24,730 nt of DNA from Candidatus Calescibacterium sp. (GTDB lineage: Bacteria > Calescibacteriota > Calescibacteriia > Calescibacteriales > Calescibacteriaceae), in NCBI GenBank assembly GCA_032249135.1, contig JAVVGL010000026.1:1-24730 (forward strand), read 5' to 3'. Shown here piece after piece: positions 1-7,287 of this stretch. The position numbers and the translations under genes are program-made. Under the pieces are notes generated by a model. The model saw nothing but the letters and a program-made list of their open reading frames with translations. It was not told the origin of the DNA and searched no databases. Within the stretch, counting starts at the first letter, position 1. Each line of letters begins with the position of its first letter.

Positions 1-770
1 ACCCCTCCAAAGATCTGTCCTCTTCCGTCTATTTTTATCTCATCCCCCACTATACCTGCATAAATCGCTCCTTGTCCTTCTACTTTAACTTTCCCCGTTG
101 AGATTATTTTCAGAAAAACTGGATTTGTCTTTATTTGTCCTTGTCCCTCTACACTTACATCTCCCTCTACCACAACCGTTGCTGGTCCTGAAAACTCCAA
201 AACAGCTTTTCCAGAAACTTTTATTTCTTTAAAATAATAAACACCAGATGGTAAAGTGAGCTTATCATTGTTTTCAAGTTTGAGTTTCCCATCTCTTATG
301 AACTGCGAAGGAATAACTGAGTTATTGTTGCTTTGTCTTGCTTTTTCAATAATTTGAGAGACATCAATATCACAGCTTTGGACTGGAACAACCTGACCCG
401 TAATATTAACATTTCTCCCGTTTATCTTTACATCATTTACATAAGCTACGCTACCTGTTGATATGTTTTGGTTTTGGTTGTACTCACCGCAAAAAGAGTT
501 GTATCCATCAACTAAAAAATTACCTCCGAGTTTTACAAAGCAAGATTGCACTGCGTATCCAAACTTTATCTGATCGTGAGAAGACTTAAAAAATAGCCTA
601 CGATTATGGTCCGCTGTGATACTGATCTGTTTATCTACCAAGGACGATTGGGTTTTATCTTGTGGAGATTGTCCGCAACTGAGAAGAAAAAGAGATGAGA
701 TAAACACAACTGCCACCAAAAAAATAAATGATTTTACTTTATTTTTAAAGTTAAACCCTGTCATTTTCAT
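1..770 (-). CDS. Lipoprotein with predicted beta-solenoid (ice-binding-like/DUF7305-like) region; 3' end beyond the left edge
   Basis: Hand translation: open frame from ATG 770 (alternative ATG 764) to the edge, 256 codons without a stop. AAGGAG at 780-775. N-terminus MKMTGFNFKNKVKSFIFLVAVVFISSLFLLS-C (lipobox). LTLPSGVYYF followed by Gly/Val-rich coils VEGQGQI, VEGQGAI, IDGRGQI. Not in the ORF track. Confidence 0.8.
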   Translation of the reverse strand, partial: MKMTGFNFKNKVKSFIFLVAVVFISSLFLLSCGQSPQDKTQSSLVDKQISITADHNRRLFFKSSHDQIKFGYAVQSCFVKLGGNFLVDGYNSFCGEYNQNQNISTGSVAYVNDVKINGRNVNITGQVVPVQSCDIDVSQIIEKARQSNNNSVIPSQFIRDGKLKLENNDKLTLPSGVYYFKEIKVSGKAVLEFSGPATVVVEGDVSVEGQGQIKTNPVFLKIISTGKVKVEGQGAIYAGIVGDEIKIDGRGQIFGG

Positions 771-905
771 TCATCTCCTTTTTGATTTTTTCCAATTTCA
801 ATTTAAGTTGCGCAAAAAAAAAACAAATTTTCAGAAAGTTTTGAGTTAATATTTTTATTTTTTTCTTTATAAGATAATTTAGATAAAATACTCTGTGAAA
901 GTAAA

Positions 906-1940
906 ATGGAACAACGCAGAAAAATTTTGAATGTTTTAATTTCTACCATTATAATTTTCACTATCACAAGCTGTGGTAAAATTAAAAGCTCAAAAGATGA
1001 AATTTCAGCAGTAGAAAACAAAGGGAGAAATTACGATTTATGTCAGAAGTTCAAAGGAATGAGTTTGCCTTCATGGAATAAAACAGAATATCTTTTAGAA
1101 AAATTCACAAAAGCCTTAAATGATTTGAAAACAATCGGGATAAATTCAGTAGCAATAATACCTACAATATACCAAGAAGGAATTTCATCAAGTGAAATAG
1201 TAGAAACAGAACAGACTGCATCCGATGAATCCATAAGTTTTGCAATAGAGCAAGCAAAAAAATCAGGTTTCTGTGTTATGTTAAAACCACATATTGACCC
1301 CATACCTTTAACTTACAGAGGTTTAATAAATCCAAAAAATATAGAGAAATGGAAAGAAAACTACTTCAAATTTATGTTAAAGTATGCAAAAATTGCGGAA
1401 GAGAAAAAAGTAGAAATATTTGCAATAGGGACAGAACTTGAATATCTTTCTTCTTCAAATCCAGAGATTTTTTTGGAACTTGCAGATAAAGTAAGGGAAA
1501 TTTTTTCAGGTAAAATCATCTATGCTGCAAACTTCACAGAATACAAAAAAGTAGAATTTTGGGAAAAGTTAGATTTCATAGGAATTGATGCGTACTTTTC
1601 TATGTGTGAATCCCCGCCACCGAAAATGGATGAACTTGAAAAAAGATGGACCAATATAATGAACGAAATAATTGAGTTTGCAAACCAAATAAAAAAAGAA
1701 ACGATTTTTACTGAAATAGGTTACATATCAAAAAAGGGAACATGTCAGAGACCATGGGATTGGACACTTGAAACCGAAATAGACGAAGATGAGCAAGCAA
1801 TATTATATGAAGCAGCAATAAAGTTTGCTTTTCCAAAACTTAAAGGAATGTTTTGGTGGGAATGGCAATTTTACGGTGAAGATCCGGCAGGATATACCCC
1901 ACGGGGCAAAAAAGCTGAAGGAATTCTCCTGAAGTGGTAA
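906..1940 (+). CDS. Glycoside hydrolase family 113 (beta-mannanase-like TIM barrel) lipoprotein
   Basis: 344 aa; lipobox ITS-C; family-like motifs VMLKPHID, IGTELE (acid/base Glu), YAAN, FWEKLDFIGIDAYF, FTEIGY (nucleophile Glu), PWDW, GMFWW. Confidence 0.8.
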   Translation: MEQRRKILNVLISTIIIFTITSCGKIKSSKDEISAVENKGRNYDLCQKFKGMSLPSWNKTEYLLEKFTKALNDLKTIGINSVAIIPTIYQEGISSSEIVETEQTASDESISFAIEQAKKSGFCVMLKPHIDPIPLTYRGLINPKNIEKWKENYFKFMLKYAKIAEEKKVEIFAIGTELEYLSSSNPEIFLELADKVREIFSGKIIYAANFTEYKKVEFWEKLDFIGIDAYFSMCESPPPKMDELEKRWTNIMNEIIEFANQIKKETIFTEIGYISKKGTCQRPWDWTLETEIDEDEQAILYEAAIKFAFPKLKGMFWWEWQFYGEDPAGYTPRGKKAEGILLKW

Positions 1941-1950
1941 TTTTATTTTC

Positions 1951-2712
1951 TTACTTTTTTCTTTTTTCTAAGAACTCTTGCATTTTGTTTTTTGCAAATT
2001 GAGATGAAATCAATGATGCGCAAAAAAGAGCTTCGGTTTTCAGATTATCTTCAAAAAATCCATCTGAATATAGGTTGCAAAGCTCAGAAATATAGCGGAG
2101 AGCTGTTGGATTTTTACCTTCAAATTGAAGAATAAGTTTCTTTGCTTTATCAAAAAGTTCCTCCCGAGTCTCGCATATATCATCTAAAATACCGAGTTCA
2201 AAAGCTTTGTCTGCCGATATGAATTCTCCGCTCATTATAAATCGTTTTGCTTTTTGCGGTCCCACAAGTCTTGTAAGTCTTTGAGTTCCACCATATCCTG
2301 GTATTATTCCAAGATTTATCTCCGGGAGTCCGACTTTTGATTTTTTTGTGGCAATCCTGAATGTGCAGGCAAGGGCAAGCTCAAAACCTCCTCCAAGAGC
2401 ATATCCATCTATTGCTGCACATGTTATATACTTTAACTTTTCTATTTTAGATAGAATCCTCTGACCTCTCCGCAAATATTCGTATGCCTGATGTATATTT
2501 TCGAGTGAGTTGAGTTCAGAGATATCAGCTCCCGCAGAAAAAGCCCTACCCTCACCATATATAATAACTCCTTTGAGCTTCATATACCATATTTCATCTA
2601 AAATAATGTCTAGTTCAGATAGCATCTTGGAAGAAAGAGCATTCAAAGTTTCCGGCGAGCTCAAGGTTATAAACAAAATACCATCCTCTTGGTAAGTTTT
2701 TATCTTTTCCAT
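1951..2712 (-). CDS. Enoyl-CoA hydratase/isomerase (crotonase family)
   Basis: 253 aa; LNALS, AFSAGADI, ALGGGFELALAC and LPEINLGIIPGYGGTQRL with both catalytic Glu residues. Confidence 0.93.
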   Translation of the reverse strand: MEKIKTYQEDGILFITLSSPETLNALSSKMLSELDIILDEIWYMKLKGVIIYGEGRAFSAGADISELNSLENIHQAYEYLRRGQRILSKIEKLKYITCAAIDGYALGGGFELALACTFRIATKKSKVGLPEINLGIIPGYGGTQRLTRLVGPQKAKRFIMSGEFISADKAFELGILDDICETREELFDKAKKLILQFEGKNPTALRYISELCNLYSDGFFEDNLKTEALFCASLISSQFAKNKMQEFLEKRKK

Positions 2713-2806
2713 AACTCTTATTTAAGTTTTGTAAAATAAGTTTTGTTTTTTGAGTAATTTTTGAGTTGCTATGATGCAATCATAATAACCATTATCACTT
2801 ATTTAT

Positions 2807-3097
2807 TTACCTTTTTGAGTTTCTGATTTTTGAATTTGAGACTTTGAGAAATTTGATGAAATCTTCCCAAGTTTTTGCTCTTATTAATTCTTCTTCTATT
2901 TTTTTCAGATACTTTATATTCTCTACCTTTTCTAAAAAGTTTTTGATCTGTTTTGCTTTTCTGAATTTTACTTGGGCAATCCTCAAAATTGATTCTTTAA
3001 GACCTTCTTTAAGACCTTTTTCAAATCCTCTTTTTTCTCCTTCTTCTTTTCCCCATTTATAAAGGAAAGTTTTTCTTATGTCAACTTGTATCGGCAT
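2807..3097 (-). CDS. Putative nested in-frame small protein (RpnS-type antitoxin), 96 aa, MPIQVDIRKTFLYKWGKEEG...
   Basis: In-frame ATG at 3097 (Met186 of the 281-aa ORF) preceded by AAAGGT (3110-3105) at 7-nt spacing, just before the G-x-x-x repeat region where Rpn internal starts are known to lie. Confidence 0.55.
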   Translation of the reverse strand: MPIQVDIRKTFLYKWGKEEGEKRGFEKGLKEGLKESILRIAQVKFRKAKQIKNFLEKVENIKYLKKIEEELIRAKTWEDFIKFLKVSNSKIRNSKR

Positions 3098-3652
3098 AGG
3101 TTTAACCTTTATTTTAACATCAAATAACCCTGCTAAAAAACTTATGCTATCTATATATTTAGCAATTTCTTTCTCATTTTTCACAATTTCTACAATTCTT
3201 TTTTTGACCCTTTCTATTATTTGAGGTTTATCTTTGAATTTCCCAGCTAAAATTCCTACGATGACCTCCTCTGGTTTTTCACTTTTTATAAACTCATCTG
3301 GGTCTATTTTCTTCATATCAACAACTTTAAATCTGTGTATTGTGAATTCTGTTCTAAATACAGATGGTAGTGGATTCCCTTTTCCCGCGAATAGGACTAT
3401 TTGTGTAGGGACCTTCCCAAATTTTTCTTCAATTCCAACAGAATATATGAGCATTCTTTTTGGTAATGTTTTATCTTGCTGTACCTGGATCTCTATATGA
3501 AAAATTTTCTCTCCCGCTCTGAAAACCATGTCAAGGCGGAGAGATTTAACAACTTCTATTTCAGATGTTATATCTTCAATTTTTTGATGTATTTGCTCAC
3601 CAACTGCTATTGAGATAATTTTTCCGGCTGCTTTTGAAAAAATTTCTTTCAA
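2807..3652 (-). CDS. Rpn/YhgA-like recombination-promoting nuclease (PD-(D/E)XK); true start uncertain and probably upstream of 3652
   Basis: LRLDMVF...IFHIEIQ nuclease core, LPKRMLIY, C-terminal GKEEGEKRGFEKGLKEG repeats. The family N-terminal D-x-x-x-K-x-x-F motif (FDPILKEIF) begins upstream of the TTG called at 3652; the frame is open up to a TAA at 3751-3749. Confidence 0.8.
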   Translation of the reverse strand: MKEIFSKAAGKIISIAVGEQIHQKIEDITSEIEVVKSLRLDMVFRAGEKIFHIEIQVQQDKTLPKRMLIYSVGIEEKFGKVPTQIVLFAGKGNPLPSVFRTEFTIHRFKVVDMKKIDPDEFIKSEKPEEVIVGILAGKFKDKPQIIERVKKRIVEIVKNEKEIAKYIDSISFLAGLFDVKIKVKPMPIQVDIRKTFLYKWGKEEGEKRGFEKGLKEGLKESILRIAQVKFRKAKQIKNFLEKVENIKYLKKIEEELIRAKTWEDFIKFLKVSNSKIRNSKR

Positions 3653-3818
3653 AATCGGATCAAATCTTTTTATCCGTTTTTCATTTTCCTCTCTCTTTTC
3701 TCTTTGCGGATTCTCTATTTTCTTTTTTATTATTCTTGCTCTGCAATGTTATTTGAAGCTCAAAATTAAATTTTACATATTTTATAGTCAGAGAAATCTC
3801 TTCCCCCAACAAAAATAA

Positions 3819-3842
3819 GCAAAAAACAAATTTCTTTTTTGC
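3819..3842. repeat. 24-bp near-perfect palindrome in the divergent rpn/sbcC intergenic region
   Basis: GCAAAAAACAAATTTCTTTTTTGC; 11 of 12 base pairs complementary. Confidence 0.6.
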
Positions 3843-3889
3843 GGGTGAAATTCTTAAATTAAAATGAAAAAATTATAAGAAAGCTTGCT

Positions 3890-6800
3890 ATGATTCCGAT
3901 AAGACTTAGGTTAAAAGGTTTTATGTCTTACAAAGAAGAGGTTGAAATAGATTTTGCAAAAGTTCTCCAAACCAAAGTTTTTTTAATTCAAGGACCAACC
4001 GGGGCTGGAAAATCAAGTATAATGGATGCGATAATTTTCTCACTCTATGGAAAAATTCCAAGATTTGAAGGAGATAGAAGGAAATCTAACTTTATAAACT
4101 ACTACTCAGACAAAGCAATAGTAGAATTTGAATTCAAAATAAAAGATGTATCACAAAGGTACAAAAGATATATAATAAAAAGAATTTTAGATAGATTTGA
4201 TACGCAGCAAGTTGAGGTTAAATCAAAATATGACGACGAAGAAGAAAGCTCCTGGAGAACAACAGTGGGTAAAAACATAAAGGTAGAAGAGATAAACAAG
4301 AAAATAGAAGAAAATATAATTGGGCTATCCTATGATGTTTTCACAAAGACTGTGGTTTTACCACAAGGAAAATTTGCAGAATTTTTGCACGCAAAACCAA
4401 AGGAAAGATCCGATATACTCCTGCAAATATATGGATTTTCAGAACTGTTCCAAAAAATAAAAGAAAAATCATCCGAAGAACTTAAAATCCTGAAAGCTGA
4501 AAAAGAAAAAATAGAACTTGAACTCAAAGAACTTGAAGACACAACACCTCAAAAGTTAGAGGAATTGAAAAAAGAAGCGAAAAGAATAGAAAATGAAATC
4601 TATGAGAAAGAAAAAGAAAGAAAACGACTTGAAGGGAAAATAGAAGTTATATCAGGGGAATTAGAAAAAATAAAATCTCTTCAAAACAAAGCAGAAAAAA
4701 TTAGAGAAATTTGTTCAGAAATAGCAGAAGAAATAAAATCACAATTAGAAAAAATAGAAGCTCTTAAAAGAATTTCAGACAAAGAAGAAAAAATCAAAAA
4801 CTCTCTGCAACTGCTAAACGAAATATATGGCGAAATAGAAAAACAATCACAAAACTTCAAGATAGAACCTGATGTGCTTCTGAAAACAAGAATTTTCATA
4901 GATGACTTGAAAGAAAAAATAGAAAAATTAGAGAAAGAAGAAAATGAGATTTTAAAACTTCAAACAGAACTTGAAAAAATAACCCTAAAAGAAAAAGCCC
5001 TAAAAGATAAATTAGCAAACCAAGACGAGGATATAATACAGATACTTAAAGAGCTCTCATTTAGTTTAGAAATCTCAAAACAAGAGGAAATTAACATAAA
5101 AGAGAGCTTAGAAAAGAAAAAAAAAGAATTAGAAGAAATCAATGATATCAAACAAAAATCTTATGAAATAATAAATATTCTCCAAAAGGAAGAGTTTAAC
5201 CTGCGTGGAAAATTGCAGAATATAGAAAATGAAATAAAAAAAATAGAAAATGATATAGAAAAGCTGAAAGAAAAAGTTTTAGCTGAAAGAATAAGACAAA
5301 ATTTAAAAGATGGAGATGTTTGCCCGGTCTGCGGAAACATATTCAAACAACACAATATACCAGATATAATACCTCACAAAAAAATTTTAGAAGAAATATC
5401 TCTTAAAGAAAAAATTAAAAGAGAAAAGGAAGATGAAAAGAACAATATACAGCGCGAAATAGAAAAGATACGAAATAAGATAGGCAAAGAAGAAGGGAAA
5501 ATATCAGAACTTGAAACCAGAATAAAAAAATTAGAGAGCGAAATAGAAAATTCAGAGAAAAACAAGAGTGAAATCCATAATAGAATACAAGAAAATATCT
5601 CCCGTCTATATGAATTATCAGAGAAAATAAAAAATGAAGATATTTTGTCAAGGTTAAACGATTTATCAGATCCACTGCTTTCTGATGATGAATTTTTGAA
5701 AATAACAAAAGAAATCAAAATCTCATCTGACCAAAAAATAAAAGAGATAAGAAAGCTGAAAGAGGAACTCTCTTCTATTTCCCAAGAAAAATCAAATATA
5801 ATTGGACTTTTAAGCAAAACAAAAAAAGAAAAAGAAATTCTGCAAAAACAAGTCTTTGATAGAAAACAGAAAATGAAAGAATACATAAATTCTTTATCGC
5901 TAATCTACCAAAACATATTGACCAGCACCGAAATTACTGAGGAAATAAAGTCAAGAGTAAACGAAATAAAAGAAAAATGGATTTCAAAACAAAAAGAAAA
6001 AAATAATCAAGCATTTCAGGATATAGAAGAAAAATCAGGAAAAATTATTGAAGAAATAGACAGAATAAAATCACATTTCTCATCATGCGCAAGAAAAATA
6101 AATGAATTTATTGAAGGATCCTCTCGCTTTGAATCAAAAGAAAATACAATTTCAAACTTAAAAGAAATTTCAAATTTACTCCGAAAAGAAATTCTTGAAG
6201 ATGCAGAGAAAAATTTGAAAGAAGCCATATCAAGATTTGATAACTTCATAAAAAAACTTCTAAATTCAATTTCAAAATACCAATCTGATATAGGGAATAT
6301 TATATCAGAAAAGTCAAAAATTCAAGAAGATATCAAATCTTCTGAATCTAAAATCTTAGGAAATATAAATCTCATAAGAGAAAAAATATCAGATATTGAA
6401 TCTGAATCTGATTTCAAATTGAAACAAAATCTGGATTTAATTGATATCCATAATTCCCCTGAGATTGAAACCATAATCAAAAATTTAGAATCTGAGATAA
6501 AAGACAAAATTCTGCCTGCAATAGAACGAGATTTAAAAAAAATATTAGATGAAAAAGTAAAGCTCCAAACACTCAAAGATTCAATATCAGATGAACTAAA
6601 TGCTCTTCAAAGAACATACGGAATACTGCAAGAGAAAATACAAACCGTTCAGGAAAATCTGCAAAAAAAAGAAAAGCTCAAATCACAAATTCCTATCATA
6701 GATGAGAACATCAGAATTCTCGGTCTAATATTAGAAGATTTCGGAGACAAAGAACCTTCGTTCAAAAAGTATCTTTCATCAAAACTCCTTGAAAGAATTC

Positions 6801-7222
6801 TTGAAGCAGCATCAGATATCATGAGAACTTTATCTCAGTCAAGATATGCTTTTTCCATAGGAGAAGAAGGTGATATGAGAATAAAAATCCTTGATTACTC
6901 TTATATCAAAGATGGGAAACCACAGATAAGAGAAACATATAGTATGAGCGGAGGTGAAACTTTTATTGCTTCGCTATCTTTGGCTCTTGCTTTATCTTCT
7001 CAAATCATAGGACACAGAAAATTTGAATGCTTCTTTATAGATGAAGGCTTTGGCTCACTTGATGAGGATTCATTAGACCTTGTTATGCAAACACTTGAAA
7101 ACTTCGCAAAAACAGGAATATATCTTGGAATAATAACTCATGTTGAAAGCATGAAATCTCAAACTCAATTCTCAAAAATCATCGTAAAAAAAGACGGAGC
7201 AACATCAAAAATTGAAATATGA
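3890..7222 (+). CDS. sbcC: SbcC/Rad50-like SMC-family ATPase
   Basis: 1110 aa; Walker A GPTGAGKS, Q-loop VLPQGKF, long coiled coil, zinc hook CPVCG (aa 478), signature MSGGE, Walker B/D-loop FFIDEGFGSLD, H-loop IITH. Confidence 0.93.
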   Translation: MIPIRLRLKGFMSYKEEVEIDFAKVLQTKVFLIQGPTGAGKSSIMDAIIFSLYGKIPRFEGDRRKSNFINYYSDKAIVEFEFKIKDVSQRYKRYIIKRILDRFDTQQVEVKSKYDDEEESSWRTTVGKNIKVEEINKKIEENIIGLSYDVFTKTVVLPQGKFAEFLHAKPKERSDILLQIYGFSELFQKIKEKSSEELKILKAEKEKIELELKELEDTTPQKLEELKKEAKRIENEIYEKEKERKRLEGKIEVISGELEKIKSLQNKAEKIREICSEIAEEIKSQLEKIEALKRISDKEEKIKNSLQLLNEIYGEIEKQSQNFKIEPDVLLKTRIFIDDLKEKIEKLEKEENEILKLQTELEKITLKEKALKDKLANQDEDIIQILKELSFSLEISKQEEINIKESLEKKKKELEEINDIKQKSYEIINILQKEEFNLRGKLQNIENEIKKIENDIEKLKEKVLAERIRQNLKDGDVCPVCGNIFKQHNIPDIIPHKKILEEISLKEKIKREKEDEKNNIQREIEKIRNKIGKEEGKISELETRIKKLESEIENSEKNKSEIHNRIQENISRLYELSEKIKNEDILSRLNDLSDPLLSDDEFLKITKEIKISSDQKIKEIRKLKEELSSISQEKSNIIGLLSKTKKEKEILQKQVFDRKQKMKEYINSLSLIYQNILTSTEITEEIKSRVNEIKEKWISKQKEKNNQAFQDIEEKSGKIIEEIDRIKSHFSSCARKINEFIEGSSRFESKENTISNLKEISNLLRKEILEDAEKNLKEAISRFDNFIKKLLNSISKYQSDIGNIISEKSKIQEDIKSSESKILGNINLIREKISDIESESDFKLKQNLDLIDIHNSPEIETIIKNLESEIKDKILPAIERDLKKILDEKVKLQTLKDSISDELNALQRTYGILQEKIQTVQENLQKKEKLKSQIPIIDENIRILGLILEDFGDKEPSFKKYLSSKLLERILEAASDIMRTLSQSRYAFSIGEEGDMRIKILDYSYIKDGKPQIRETYSMSGGETFIASLSLALALSSQIIGHRKFECFFIDEGFGSLDEDSLDLVMQTLENFAKTGIYLGIITHVESMKSQTQFSKIIVKKDGATSKIEI

Positions 7223-7287
7223 ATTGAGAAAAAAACAAAAATTGAAAAAACATAAAGAATGAAATAAACAGTAAATTTATACTTGAT

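Noticed and set aside
616..1021. Track ORFs 616..849 (+) and 803..1021 (-)
   Set aside because: They overlap the two better-supported lipoprotein genes in antisense and cross their AT-rich intergenic region.
906..1940. Gene transfer agent or phage tail TIM-barrel protein
   Set aside because: The fold is related, but this is a stand-alone lipoprotein with both catalytic Glu motifs and no phage genes nearby.
2807..3751. IS element ('putative transposase' label of the Rpn family)
   Set aside because: No terminal inverted repeats, target duplication, or DDE/HUH motif; the core is PD-(D/E)XK.
4102..6576. Antisense ORFs inside sbcC, and similar short shadow ORFs over other genes
   Set aside because: Their Ser/Phe/Ile-rich translations are the expected reverse complement of Lys/Glu-rich coding strands; no recognisable motifs.
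3890..7222. Wadjet/Lamassu-type SMC defence system formed with the neighbouring nuclease
   Set aside because: Zinc hook and DEGFGSLD are typical of SbcC; the nuclease is divergently transcribed and no kleisin/KITE or effector genes are co-oriented.
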